Source: Stegostoma tigrinum (taxonomy: Eukaryota). From it: DNA of 64,000 nt. The DNA lies in the NCBI RefSeq assembly GCF_030684315.1, contig NC_081375.1, positions 32,539,073-32,603,072 on the forward strand. Direction: 5' to 3'. The notes beneath the pieces are model-generated. The model was not told where the DNA came from. It ran no database searches and saw only the letters and a list, made by a program, of their open reading frames with translations. Below, piece by piece: positions 12,197-25,759 of the stretch. Position numbers and translations under genes: made by a program. Within the stretch, counting starts at the first letter, position 1; the number at the start of each line of letters is the position of its first letter.

Positions 12197-13069
12197 TGCT
12201 AATTTGTTGGGCCATCATTGGCAGATGGATGCAGCAAGGCCAGCTAACTGTCAATCTTAATTCTCAAACCAAGCAGGTAGATTCTGATTAGTCAGGATAT
12301 TGCCTCAGAATACAGCAGAAAATTGATTGTCTCTGTAACTCTACTTATATCAAAAAGGTGCACGATTATTTCTAGGAGCTTATATGTAGCCACAAAAATG
12401 GGAGGTTAGGGATTAGGTGAGTAAATTACTTCCTGCCTGCCTTTCCACCATTCATAAGTCAGAATGTGCTGAAATATTTTCCACATTCTTGGTTAACCGC
12501 AGTTCCAACAATACTTAATGAGTTTGAGACCATTCAGGACATAATAACATACTTGAATCAGACTCCATTCAACATTAAACAATTTCCCCTAATTTCACAG
12601 GTGAAATTTCTGGCTTCACTTGTCAGAACTTGGGTCTCTTAATCCAGAAGCCTCCATCTAATAGAAATAGTTTCTTCATGCCCGCTGTATCTTTTCACCT
12701 CAATATTTTGCAAATTTCTGTCAAATCTCTTTTAAACTTTTTAAATTCAAGGAAATAAAAACCTAATTTGTTTAATCTCTATGCAAGACTTAACATTTGG
12801 CGTTCAAAGCACATTTGGGTAATATATATCATGCTTCTGTTAGAGCCAACATATCCCTTCGAAGGTACAGTAACCAGGACAGCTCACAGATTTCCTGGTG
12901 TGAGCTGACTTGGGCTTTTGTATAACTGAAGAATGTCTACTTATATATTTTATTCCTTGAGATATAAAGCACATTGACAATTTTTCCTTGTTTTCTGTAC
13001 CTGAACTACAACAACTCGCCAACACTTCTTGAACAGTAATTTCCAAATTCAGAACTTCTTTCATCTGGA

Positions 13070-13312
13070 AGAACAATGGCAGGAGACATACGGCAATGCT
13101 TTCACCTTTAAATCCCCTTCCACGTCACACACACTTGTTGGAAATCTATCATTGCTGAATCAAAATCCTATTAAATAGCACTGTGCGTGCACCTATGTCC
13201 CAACAACTCCAGCAGCTCAAGGCAACTGACCATAACCTTCTTGAGGATAATTAGGGATAGGCATTAAGTGCTGGCCTCACCATCAACACCTGCACCCCAT
13301 GAAAGCATAAAT
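13070..13312 (+). mobile_element. CR1/L2-group LINE 3' end (second family), degenerate
   Basis: Tail ...CCTTCTTGAGGATAATTAGGGATAGGCATTAAGTGCTGGCC, homologous to 28240-28330 and to the minus-strand copies. Confidence 0.7.
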
Positions 13313-14970
13313 AGAATCATAGAGTCATACAGCATGGAAACAGACCTTTCATTCCAACCAATCTATGCTGAACATAATCCCAAACTAAACTAGTCCCACC
13401 TCCCAGCTCCTGGCCCACATCCCTCCAAATCTTTCCTATTCATGTGTTTATCCAAAAGTCTTTTAAAGGTTATAACTGTACCCATATCTGCCACTTCCTC
13501 TGGAAGTTCATTCCACATGCGAACCACCCTCAGGTGTACAAAATTTGCCTCTTGTCTTTTTTAAATCTCTTGCCTCTCACCTTAAAAATGTGTCTCCTAA
13601 TCTTGTAACCCTCCACCCCCCCCCCCACCTCCAAGGGAAAAGACAACTACCATCTATTCTATCTATACTTTTTCATTATTTTATAAACTTCTATCAGATC
13701 ACTTCTCAACCTCGTACGGTCCATTGAAAAAAAATTCCAGCCCATCCAGCCTTTCTTTCTAACTCAAACATTCCATACCGAGCAGAGTCCTGGTAAATCT
13801 CTTCTCAACTCTCTTCAGCTTGATAATAACCTTCTGATTACTCAGCAACCAGACTGGACATAGTATTCCAGGAAAGGCCTCACAAATCTCCTGTACAACC
13901 TCATCATAACTTCCCAACTCCTTTATTCAAAGGAATGAGCAATGAAGGCAAGTGTACCAAATGCCTTTTTTAACCACCCTGCCTCATCGTGACACAAACC
14001 TCAAAGAACAATGTAACTGAACCCCTCGGTCTGTCCTTTCTGCAAAACTACCCAAGACCCTAACATTTAATGTATAAGCCTCACCCTTGTTGGCTGTACC
14101 AAAATGCAATACCTCACATTGATCCAGATTGAAGTTCATCTGCCATTTTTCAGCCCATTTAATCATCTGTAAAGCTTAAAAAATCTTCTGCAATGTCTAT
14201 GATGCTACCAATTTTGGTGTCATCTGTAAACTCACAAGCCATACCTTCTATATTCTCATCCAAATCATTTATATAAAGACAATAAAAGACAGCAGGTCAT
14301 GGGCCTCCAGTCTAAGAAGGAATCCTCTACCATTACTCTTTGTCTCCTGCCTTTAAGCAAATTATGTATCCAATTGACAAGCTCACCCTGAATCCCAAGT
14401 GACCTAACTTTACTAATTTGTCCACCGTGCAGAACCTTGTCAAAGGCTTTACTGAAATCCAAATAAACAATGTCTACTGCTCTGTCATCATCAATCATTT
14501 TGATAACTTCCTCAAAAAATTTAATCAAGTTTGTGAGACGTGATTTTCCTCACATATAACTTTGCTGACCATCCCGAATCAATTTTTCCTCTCTAAATGT
14601 CCATAAATCGTATCTTTTATAATCATCTCAAACAATTTGCCCATAACTGAAGTCAGACTCACAGTTCTATCATTCCCCATATTTCTTTGCAATCTTTCTT
14701 AAACAAAGGTATAACATTAGCCACCCTGCAGTCATCAGGCACCTCACCTGTGGTTAGAGATGATGCAAACATTTCTGCAGGAGTCTTGTAATTTCTTCCC
14801 TTACTTCCCACAGTGTTCTGGGATACATTAGATCAGGTCCCAGAGATTTATCCACTTTTGTGTTCTCTAAGACCTCCTGAACCTCCTCTTCTGTAAGGTG
14901 AACTGTTTTTTTAAAACATCAAAGTTTATTTCTCTGCATTCTCAGCACTCCATTTCTTTCTCCACAGTAA
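13313..14970 (-). mobile_element. CR1 LINE, ORF2 RT remnant and 3' end
   Basis: ORFs 14265..14528 (AVDIVYLDFSKAFDKV...WIHNLLKGRRQRV) and 13984..14166 (WAEKWQMNFNLDQCEVLHFG); tail TATGACTCTATGATTCTAT on minus. Confidence 0.92.
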
Positions 14971-16120
14971 ATCTTTCAAAATGTTGTGTTTTGATGAGAC
15001 AGTTATACAGTTCTTACATGGAGTCAGAAGTTGTACTATATTGATAACATTTGAATGAGAAGATATCTTACAGTATTTTTTTTCTGCCTATACACATCCC
15101 TCTTCAAATAGTAAACAAGAATGGATAAAACTTGCTTGAGAAGTTTCAACAATACAGCAACATAGATTGGATTAGTTTTCTGTCGTCTGAAGTGTGGATT
15201 GTTACATTGACACTTAGCAACTGGCCAATAACTAATGGAGATCACAGGGTAAAAACAATTACAAGAAACTTAAATAAGATGCCCTGTCTTGAACAACTTT
15301 TCCAAATGGATACTGAAAAATTGATAAAATGTAGAACAGGAGTAACTGTTACAATTCAAAATGGTCTTATTTTGAATTCATTTGGAACTATGATTGGGAG
15401 CTGGGCCATGCTGGTTGAACATGCTTCATCCCAAGGCATTGTCAATAGCATTATCTTATCAGCAGTTACTACTGGTAGTGTCTGGTTATGCATTCTGCAC
15501 TCATGGTTATTCTCAGGAATTGGCTGCAGTTGTTTTGCTAGTTCAAATGATTCAAACATTAAAAAGACAGAAATATTCAAGGTTTAAATTGCCAATGTAT
15601 TAAAGCAATCTGTACAGTATTGGCAATGAAGAATAAAAGAGAGCCCAGAAGATCTTCACCAGTCTAAGCTTTCCATGGGTCAACAGATTAATTTACAATT
15701 TGTGTACATATTTCATTGAAAGGATACAACTTTGCACATAATCTGTAAACTGATATTGCAAATTAATTGCAATTGCTTATGAAGCTGAAACTGATATACT
15801 TTCAAAAGATGGAGTCGCTTTTAAGGCTTTCATGTTATCTTGTCTATTTCTCAATGTTGTAACAAGCATCACAGACTTTTGAGATATAGACACAGGATAT
15901 ATTGTGACAGGGCAATCGAATGCTTTGTTGTATTTCCAGGAACTGAGCATATGAACATCCATCATGTACGTCAATCACTTCATTTGTAACTGACTCAAAA
16001 TTCTTGTTTAGGCTGACAACTCTCCATGGATGAAATGAACATAACCACTTTGATCTCCACTTTTATCACTGTTCAATTCATAGTGCAATTTCAGATCATT
16101 CTGGAAACAAAACAAAAATG

Positions 16121-16465
16121 ACCCATCCCTTCCTCCCATCTCAAGCCGCACCTCCATTTCCTACCTACTAACCTCATCCCACCTCCTTGACCTGTCCATC
16201 TTCCCAGGACTGATCTATCCCCTCCCTACCTCCCCACATATACTCTCCTCTCCACCTATCTTCTTTTCTCTCCATCTTCGGTCCGCCTCCCCCTCTCTCC
16301 CTATTGATTCCAGAACCCTCACCCCATCCCCCTCTCTGATGAAGGGTCTAGGCCCGAAACGTCAGCTTTTGTGCTCCTGAGATGCTGCTTGGCCTGCTGT
16401 GTTCATCCAGCTTCACATTTTATTATCTTGGATTCTCCAGCATCTGCAGTTCTTGTTATCTCTGA
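16121..16465 (+). mobile_element. PLE 3' UTR fragment with hammerhead motif
   Basis: Close match to 11895-12196 plus the terminal segment. Confidence 0.9.
16336..16365 (+). ncRNA. Minimal hammerhead ribozyme motif (PLE-associated)
   Basis: CTGATGAAGGGTCTAGGCCCGAAACGTCAG. Confidence 0.75.
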
Positions 16466-16769
16466 GAGTTTACTTTTATTTGTTAACTTAAGTGTTGGAA
16501 TTAGTCCATCTGATGCAAAAGAAAATGGATATCATGAATTAGTAGGAAGAGAATTGGGAGAGCCAATTGGGGAAAGGCAAAATAGATGCTCGTGAGAAGG
16601 TGTTTTTGAAAGTGGGGAAAGGATTACAATGTTGGAGTGGGGTTATGTGAAGAATTCCTGAATGCAGCCCAAGATGAAATGATGTGTAAACCATGCATTT
16701 TTGCAAGCAATGAACAAAACAATACCCTTAGTTTGGGCAATTCTATGTGGACAAAAGTTATGGCTTATC

Positions 16770-17150
16770 AATTTCCTTATTTATTTGTCCAAGTGATGTG
16801 ATTATAGCTGGCTAGGCCAGCACTTATTGGCCATCCCTAAATGCCATAGAGATGGTATTGGTGAGCTGCCTTCTTGAACAATTACAATCCTTAGGGTGGA
16901 GGTAGACCTACAATAGCATTAGGAAGTAAGTTCCAGGATTGTGACCCAATAAAAGTGAAGGAATGACACTATATTTCCAAATCAAGATGGTGTATGTCTT
17001 GGACAGGAATTTGCAGGTGGTGGTATCCCAACGTTTCTGCTGTCTTTGTCCTTCTGAGATAGAGTGTTTGAAAGATCAAAGTGTGAGTTGATGCACTGCA
17101 TCTTGTAACCAGTACACATGGGCTGTCAATGTGCATTAGTGGCTTACTCA
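16770..17150 (-). mobile_element. CR1/L2-group LINE 3' end (second family)
   Basis: Plus strand GGCCAGCACTTATTGGCCATCCCTAA...GGTGAGCTGCCTTCTTGAAC is the reverse complement of the family tail. Confidence 0.8.
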
Positions 17151-18209
17151 TGCAGTCACTTAAAATGCTGGTAATAAAAAGTAAGAGATGGCCAGAAGTT
17201 TTGAAACTGTTACAATCTGGAAATATTTCTCAACATCACACTAAAGGGAATGGACTCTTGTGAAACACATGAACTTGCAAAACCGTTTTAAAAACAATTG
17301 GAAGCAGGGTCAATATTTAAATATAACTATGTTCCTTTTTAAATATTGAGTATAAGCAGAGGACTGGTCCTTACATCCATTTTCTTGCCCAACCTTGGAT
17401 CTAGAATCATGCAATATTTCAGAATATGAAAAGCTGCATAGCACTTAATTCTAGGCCTCTGAATGATTCCATAGAATTAGATTTTGAAAGTAGTTCATCT
17501 GCAATTTTTCTCCAAAATTCTGTAAAGTGGCATTGACCTTCATTTAATTCCTCCTTGTTATGAAAAGTCAAGAAAGGACATGACGATTTGAAAGGCTTGA
17601 AGCTGTAACCACATCAAATCAAAGTCATTTGAAAACATTTCTATCCCGAAGAAAATATGTTTTCGGCACATAGAAGACATTGAAAGGCCATGTTGCTTGC
17701 CTATCATTCATTTCCCTAAGCACATTAAGAGTCAACCGTGTATTATAGAACAATAGCTGCATTCAGGCAAAATCTGGGAGGGGTGGCCCTGTCCATGTGA
17801 AACTATCAGATTTTTATGATAATTCAAATGTGTCTATTGACATTTTAGCTTGTATTAGTCCAAAAATTGCCAGGTCAATAAATTCAATTTCCCTACTTGA
17901 TGAGACTTCATTCAGTCACATCACTACGTTAAGGAACAATGCCAGAATGCTAACTTACCATTTCAAAATTATTTTTAAAGTTCTTTTGCTTAATGGCTTG
18001 TCCTATGGAGGATCGTCATTGTGCCTTAAAGTTTAGGGCACTGAGTATTGACATATTCAACAATCAAATACTTTGCGATAATCACTAGTGTTGGAGATTT
18101 GAATCATAAATTCCGAGGTAAACAGGATAATTCTGAGAGATTGAGTAACTTGAACACATTAGCTGTGGATATTGTATTCCAAAATACATATAGCACTTCA
18201 TAACATAAC

Positions 18210-18710
18210 ATAAGAGATCAAATGAGTGACCATCTAGCCTGTTGATCCTACATTGCCATTCAATACAACCAGGCCTAACATTGGATTATAGTGCAACTTC
18301 CCAGCCTGCAGTTCAATCTCTTGATTTGCTGAAAGTCGAAAAATCTATCTGAGGCATAGACAATAATGAAGTATTAGCCATCCTTAGGTAGGAAATCCAA
18401 AGTTTCACAACATTTTGAATGAAGAAATTTCTTCTTATCTCAATTCTAAATGAGCAGCTTCTTATCTCAAAACTTTTCCAGATTCTCCAACTATGGTAAA
18501 CAACCCTTCAGTGACTATGATGTCAATCCCCTTCAGAATCTGAGATGTTTCAAAGAAACCACCTTGCACTCTTCAAAACTCATAGGAATAGACCAAGTTA
18601 TTCAGCCTCTCATCACAAAATAACTTTTTCATTCTAGGGACCAATTAATAAATGTTCATCGCCTTCAGTGCAGGCATATCCAACCCTAAATTTGAAGATC
18701 AAAACTGTAC
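18210..18710 (-). mobile_element. Old CR1 LINE 3' fragment
   Basis: Degenerate similarity to 1-500 of this window. Confidence 0.7.
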
Positions 18711-18799
18711 ATTTCAATTATAATGTTTAACAACAGGTGTTATTACATTCAGTAAATGATGGAGTTTAGTTCCATCAACACTGAAGACTTATGGTACCA

Positions 18800-19205
18800 T
18801 TCACTTAATCAACACCATATTAACTACCTTAAATATCCATAGCCACCACAATTGACACACAGTGATACCAGTGCATAGCATGTTACAAGATGCAATGCAG
18901 CAACTCACCAACGGTCCTTCTAGGGTGTTGGCCAAATCATTTAGAATGACAACAGCAGCAAATATATTGGGAATACCATCACCTAGAAATTTTCTACCAA
19001 GCCACAAACCATCCTAATGAATTGGCTTAGAACTATCTTGCCATCGTTCCCTTTCTAAGAGCATTGCGGGTGCAACAGTACCATATGGACTCCAGCAGTC
19101 CGAGATAGTAGGTCATCACCACTTTCTCAAGCACTGTTAGAAAGGGCAACAAATATTGACTTGTTCCTATGAGGCCTACACCCACCTCTAATGAAAGAAT
19201 AAAAC
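18800..19205 (+). mobile_element. CR1/L2-group LINE 3' end (second family), degenerate
   Basis: Homologous to 27960-28330. Confidence 0.7.
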
Positions 19206-19387
19206 ACAATTTATCAGTGCCATAATGTTTAAGAATTGGCTAGCTGGAAAGTGATCTAACTTTCTGGATGAAGCCAATGAACTTGTCTGTATAATGTTAT
19301 TAATATTATTGCTCTTTCTGACACAGCAGCAAAATATAGGGCTAACTTTTATCAATGCTCATTTGTAACAAACTCAGAAAATAGCTA

Positions 19388-19520
19388 CAGAAACAGAAAT
19401 TGCTGGAAAAACTCAACAGTTTCAGCAGCATCCTTAGAGAGGAATCAGAGTTAACATTTCGAGCCGAGTGATCCTTTCTTACTATTTTTGTTTCTGATTT
19501 ACAGCATCCACAGTTCTTTT
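19388..19520. mobile_element. Older PLE-family 3'-end fold-back insertion
   Basis: Minus arm (ACAGAAATTGCTGGAAAAACTC...GTTAACATTTCG) joined to plus terminal arm (TTTGTTTCTGATTTACAGCATCCACAGTTC); TSD AGAAAATAGCTA at 19376-19387 and 19521-19532. Confidence 0.7.
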
Positions 19521-19692
19521 AGAAAATAGCTAGCAAGCCTATGATCAAATATAGTCAATTTCTTCAAATCAATATTATCTTTTTTACATTATTTCTTCTT
19601 GATTAAGAAAGTAGTCGCCCATTCATATTTTCAAAAGTTTGTTCCAAAGTCTACTAAACAAGAGAAGAAATATTGTATCTTTATTAATCAAA

Positions 19693-19978
19693 GGATCCTT
19701 ACAGTGTGGAAGCAGGCCATTCACCCCATCAAGTACACAACAACCCTCTGAATAGCAACCCATCCTCTCCCTGTAACCCTGCATTTCCCATGACACATCC
19801 ATCCAGCTGGCACACCTCTGGACACTATGAGCAATTTAACATGACCAAGCAACTTAATTTGCACATCTTTGGATAGTGGGAGGAAACCCACACAGGCAGT
19901 CACCTGCAGCTGAATTGAACCCAGGCCCTTGGCAGTGTGAGGCAGCAGTGCTAACCACTGAGGCACTGTGCCACCCAT
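19693..19978 (-). mobile_element. V-domain SINE (HE1-like), internally deleted
   Basis: Same head and tail as 4113-4435. Confidence 0.85.
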
Positions 19979-22680
19979 TTTGACCTCTCTGACCTTTCAC
20001 TGTTCAGACCATTGCTCTTGAATCATGGTTTTCAATGATGTTTATATTCTACAGAACAGAGTACTCTTCAGACACAGCCAGAACCTAAAGTCTTGAAATC
20101 AGAGAGCCTGTGGCCTGTGTCCATGTGACAAAATTGGGGGATGTGACGTATTTCCATTACTGATCCTTTAAAGGGTTATAAAGGGTGACAGCTAGTAGGT
20201 AAGTGACTGAGAAGGTTGGATCTGCATTGCATGGTAAATGTGACTGATTTTGGTGGGGGAGAGGTTGTCATTTTTATATTTAGCCAACAGTTCAAGCAGG
20301 TTTCAATTCTGCTCCCTTCTCTTGGTTAAGTATTAACAAAAATAAATTTGAACTGTCTAAAATCTCCAACTCTAACTCAAACTTTGTTTTCTTCTGTGGA
20401 GGGGCCCAGATGCCATATAATCACTCATCAGAAGTTTCAGCTTTTCAGCCAATTACCGACTGTTCAGATACCAGATGTCCTGGGTTAATGTTTTTTGTTT
20501 TCACTTTCAATCTTGATGAATTGTTGAGCTTGTCACCTGACCCAATGTGCAAGTAGCCTCCGTCCATAATTGCAGGAAAGGTCAAGAGCATGGGAAAAAA
20601 GAGCTAAGAGTTTAGAACCACAACAAGCCCTGTTTCATAACATTCTTCCTCATGAAGCTGTTGGATGCACAGAGTCATGCATGTGGCGTTGAAGTGGATG
20701 AGATTGTAGCGTTTTGGTGAGGTCAATTTGCCCGAAAATCTTGCAGACTTTTGCTCTTCTGACTGTGTCAAATACCTTGGAGAGACCTATGAAAGCAAGC
20801 TGCAGAAATATAAGTTGTTTTCTACCATTCCTTTGTGTTTGGAAAAGATGATATCTACTGTTAATATGCTGGCATGGAAACTGCACTGTACATACAAGTA
20901 CATTCTATCTGCAAGTAAATGGAACCTTTTATATATGGCCTCGGTAAAGAATTTCCCCACGACATTGAGGAATGCGATTTTCTGCAGTTTTTGCAACCTG
21001 CTCTCTCATGTTTTGTTTTGTACATTGTGATGATTTTTGTGTCATGCCCCTCTGGTAGACTGCAGTTTACCCTCCAGTAGAGAAAGAGAAGATCGTAAGA
21101 GGAACTGTAATGGATGGGACTTCACATACTTGAACAGTTGACTGAGTTCCAAACTTGCTGGCTGCCTTTCAGTTCACAAGGCACTTTACAGTCTTCTTGA
21201 GCTAAAGTGATGAAGGTGCTTCAACTAACTTAGCCATGACAAGAAGCTGCAGGAGAGCATCTGTTTGAGGAATGTCTGCCTCACCAGCAGTACAACTCAC
21301 AGTCGTTTCCAGCTCAGCAGGACATCAGGTTAATGTTGTTGCTAAGTATTTCACTGTTGTCTATTGGGTGATGGCAGTGTAAGTGCCTTTTTGACGCCTC
21401 ATAGGTTTCCATTACTAAGGCAGTTTGGATTTCTTGACATATTTATGAACTATCTGTTTGAAATTTGCCATATCTGTCTTAGCTAATTTTAAGTCATGCA
21501 GTGTTTTAGCTCTTGAGTTTTATACTGTAGGCTTGTTTTTCTTTTCCATCAACGGCAGATAGCACGTCGTCTAATTAAATCTCAGGACCAGCCTCGTAAC
21601 CTAGTAATTTCCCAAGTCATTGATACTAGCATCAGTATTTCCCAGTTAATCTTTGAAAAGTACTAGCGTTTGATGCTATTACTTGTGTAAGAAAATTTAA
21701 TGTGTGGTGGGCCACTTTGTCTAAAAATGAAAATTTCAGGGGTGCACCCTCAGTCAGTTGGTGACAAAAGAGCCCTCAGGATCACAATCTGCACTGTGCC
21801 TAGTGTGGTTCTCAACAACATTAGGCATGATCACATTTTGTCATGATGACCAGGTTTAGTTGATGCCAATGTGTAAACTTTGGGGAAGACTACTCTGAAA
21901 GCTACTAGTTCATTCAGAACAAAATGCGCAAGAAGGTGTCATGGACCTTAACCACCACATGATGACTGGCATATTGTTCATCGAGCACTTTCTGCTGTGA
22001 CATGTGCAGTAAAGCCAACTGGGATGACTAGTTCCTTGACATTTTAGTTTTTTTTCTCAAAATATCGTATAGGGAGTAACAACAATGCTCCATTGCAATG
22101 TGGTTGCATTTGTGACAATACTTCGGCATTAAGAGGTGTATTTTGTCCTTTTTTTTATGAAGAGAGATTGAGTCAGAGGTGCTGAAAGTTATACCAAATC
22201 AATAAAGTAAGAAGCTTGTGAGGCCTGTTTTTTTTTGAGTTGGGACAATAGAAGCAGCATGTAGGGTAGGGTCAAGCTCGCACAGAACCAGGGTTTTAGT
22301 TTAACTTTCAGTAGCTGAAGGGGTTTGGAAGCTGGTGTACATTTCTCCCTGCTACAGAGCTTTCTCTCTCTCTCTCTGAGTTTTCTCTTGATGTTCTTTC
22401 CTCCTCAACTGGAGAAACATTGCATGTGAAACAATCTATTTTACTGGATCTGCCTTTGCTAAGGGAGTGTTTATGAGACGTTACTATCCTGGAACAGCTA
22501 ATCAGGGGCAGTTAACATATATATTATCTTGTTAAATATTTCATTGGAGTTACAGTAAAGTTTTTTTTATTCTTACTTTGTCTGTATTTTAGCTGAAATG
22601 TAAGGATAATTTGTTTTTTGCTTCAAGCCAGGTAGTTTAACCAGTCAAATTGCTTCTGGAACACAATCCCTTATATTTGC

Positions 22681-23862
22681 AGTGATCGAGAACGTCCTTG
22701 ACCGTGTCTCCCGTATTTCCCGCAACACATCCCTCACATCCCGCCCCCGCCACAACCGCCCAAAGAGGATCCCCCTCATTCTCACACACCACCCTACCAA
22801 CCTCCGGATACAATGCATCATCCTCCGACACTTCCGCCATTTACAATCCGACCCCACCACCCAAGACATTTTTCCATCCCCACACCTGTCTGCTTTCCGG
22901 AGAGACCACTCTCTCCGTGACTCCCTTGTTCGCTCCACACTGCCCTCCAACCCCACCACACCCGGCACCTTCCCCTGCAACCGCAGGAAATGCTACACTT
23001 GCCCCCACACCTCCTCCCTCACCCCTATCCCAGGCCCCAAGATGACATTCCACATTAAGCAGAGGTTCACCTGCACATCTGCCAATGTGGTATACTGCAT
23101 CCACTGTACCCGGTGTGGCTTCCTCTACATTGGGGAAACCAAGCGGAGGCTTGGAGACCGCTTTGCAGAACACCTCCGAACAGTTCGCAACAAACAACTG
23201 CACCTCCCAGTCGCAAACCATTTCCACTCCCCCTCCCATTCTTTAGATGACATGTCCATCATGGGTCTCCTGCAGTGCCACAATGATGCCACCCGAAGGT
23301 TGCAGGAACAGCAACTCATATTCCGCCTGGGAACCCTGCAGCCTAATGGTATCAATGTGGACTTCACCAGTTTCAAAATCTCCCCATCCGCAACTGCATC
23401 CCTAAACCAGCCCAGTTCGTCCCCTCCCCCAACTGCACCACACAACCAGCCCAGCTCTTCCCCCCCACCCACTGCATCCCAAAACCAGTCCAACCTGTCT
23501 CTGCCTCCCTAACCGGTTCTTCCTCTCACCCATCCCTTCCTCCCACCCCAAGCCGCACCCCCATCTACATACTAACCTCATCCCACCTCCTTGACCTGTC
23601 CGTCTTCCCTGGACTGACCTATCCCCTCCCTACCTCCCCACCTATACTCTCCTCTCCACCTATCTTCTTTACTCTCCATCTTCGGTCCGCCTCCCCCTCT
23701 CTCCCTATTTATTCCAGTTTCCTCTCCCCATCCCCCTCTCTGATGAAGGGTCTAGGCCCGAAATGTCAGCTTTTGTGCTCCTGAGATGCTGCTGGGCCTG
23801 CTGTGTTCATCCAGCTTCACACTTTATTATCTTGGAATTCTCCAGCATCTGCAGTTCCCATT
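22681..23862 (+). mobile_element. Young Penelope-like element (Neptune type), 5'-truncated
   Basis: 276-aa GIY-YIG ORF remnant 22682..23512, nearly identical to the 10.9 kb copy; TSD ATCC(C/G)TTATATTTGC at 22666-22680 and 23863-23877. Confidence 0.93.
23740..23769 (+). ncRNA. Minimal hammerhead ribozyme motif (variant GAAATGTC)
   Basis: CTGATGAAGGGTCTAGGCCCGAAATGTCAG. Confidence 0.6.
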
Positions 23863-25249
23863 ATCCGTTATATTTGCCTTTTAAAGTAAGAAAAAGTTGG
23901 GGTTTAGGCTATCTTCTTAATATAATTTGAGGGGCTTTGGTCCGGTCCAGAACATATTGGAGCATAAGATGCTACTGCACATCGATGAGATGATAACTGC
24001 ATGAAGATGAAGGAGTCTGAAGTTGCTACTGTTGGGTGAATTGATTGTGTCAGCTCATTGTTTGCTACAAAGTCTACAACATGCTCACAATCACCCTCAG
24101 CACTTCTTCCATGCTTATAATTAATTTCTTGATCAGAGTGTGTGTCAGCAACTCTGCTTTCTTGTAGAACAGAGATAGTGGAGTGAGCAGGGAGGTGTTC
24201 AGAGTTGGTAACTGCGCAGCCAAGCCCAGTCTCCTTAACAACAGGAAGCTGGTAACAACTAAGCAGTACAGGAAGTGCATAAGGTTGAAATTTTCACTTG
24301 TATTTGTAATATTAGCCATTTATTCCAATGTTGAACCAAATTCGTTTAGCTCATGGTCAAACAGGATGTACACTTGAAGTGGAATTTAGCTCACTATTCG
24401 TAGCAAGGTACATAGTCCTCGCATTCTAGCCTCCAAATGAAAAGTTTCCTCTCTTTTCTTTCCTCTCATTCCTTTGGATTCTCTCCTGAATCTGGGAAGC
24501 AGCAAACTCAAGCTGGTCTGTTCATATGTTAACAATAACATCAAGAGTTAATGACTAAGAAAGCAAACCCAACAAAATCTGAAGCAGAGTCCGATGAAGC
24601 ATTTCATGTTTCTGTAATGTTATCCAACAACTCCTGGAATCAGTTCCTTCCCCCTTTCTACTGGCTTTCACCTTCTCTGTGGATACATTCCTGTAAGTTG
24701 AGAAGAGGGTGCAGATGCCAGGTAAGTTTAGGCCTGGCCACTTCCTGATTAAGACGCAAGCCAATAATTTCCAGGTTTACAACTCATGGTGGTGAACAGG
24801 ATAAATAATGACATTTTCAGGAAGAGTTACTTCAGCTTAACAATGAAATAAAGCTCTGCCAATTAAGTCATTAACTCAACAGCAGTGTTAACAATCACAG
24901 CGATATTACTTTTCAGAACAAAAGCATTGTTCTTCACTTCCCAAACAGTGTAAATATAGCTACATAATTACATATTTCATTAGAATCCTTGGTATGAATA
25001 TCAATTATTTATATATATATTCAGCATATTACACGTTTTAGGCTAAGTCCTAGAATAATCCAAATAATTAACCAATGGTGTCAACTGTAGTTATTACTAG
25101 GTTTATCTTGGTTGTTAGAAAACATATTCTTATGTCATTATTGTTTAATGTTATGTGCCTTTCTTCTCGTCTGATATTTATGCTGGTACTTCAGTGGATA
25201 ACACAGGGACTGCTGCACTCTCAGTGGCACTCTCTATCAGGGTGAATTT

Positions 25250-25380
25250 CTTTTATTCATTCGTGGGACGCAGACAGGCCAGTATTTATTTGCCCATCCC
25301 TAATTGCCCAGAGGTAGTTGAGAGTCTGGAGTCATATGTAGACCTGACTGGGTAAGGATGGGACACTGCTTTCCCTGAAG
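25250..25380 (-). mobile_element. Deu-domain-like SINE fragment (SacSINE1-like)
   Basis: LINE-type tail followed by CTGGAGTCATATGTAGACCTGACTGGGTAAGGATGG, resembling the Deu domain as I recall it. Confidence 0.5.
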
Positions 25381-25759
25381 GAAGAAATATTAAAAATAAA
25401 GACTTCCATCTGTTCTCTCAAATGGATATGTAAGATCTGATCAAATAAAAACAAGGAATTTCATCTTGTGACCATGACAACATTTACCTCTAATCCAACA
25501 TCTAAAAGACAGATGATTTGTAACTACTTTGTTGATTTTGCCAGCAAACAAGCTGCTCAAAATTTCACCAACACATTTTCCCTCATTTCAAAAAATGTTA
25601 GCCCTTTTAATTCTTTTGTCAAACGTGAATGTTGCGTGCAAGGAAACGATTTGTTGTCCATAACTAATTGCCTTTGAGAAGAGAGTGGTGCACTTTTTTC
25701 TTGAACATCTGAAGTCCAGAGTTAGGTATACAGAAAGAAAGTTTACTGACTCAGGATTT

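Larger units (their letters stand above)
22111..23954 (+). mobile_element. Solo LTR (~650 bp net), interrupted by a PLE
   Basis: TGTGACA...AACA ends; 4-bp TSD CATT/TATT; homologous end to end with 53405-54032. Confidence 0.85.
20440..24250 (-). mobile_element. Degenerate RTE-clade-like LINE (endonuclease and RT remnants), interrupted by a solo LTR
   Basis: AFIGLSKVFDTV (RT domain 3), QCSFHASILTVDIIFS (RT domain 2) and an ASYAP-like endonuclease motif at ~23957-23972 beyond the LTR. Confidence 0.65.

Noticed and set aside
15132-15587. 151-aa ORF in unique sequence
   Set aside because: Non-ATG start, no recognisable domain or convincing splice context
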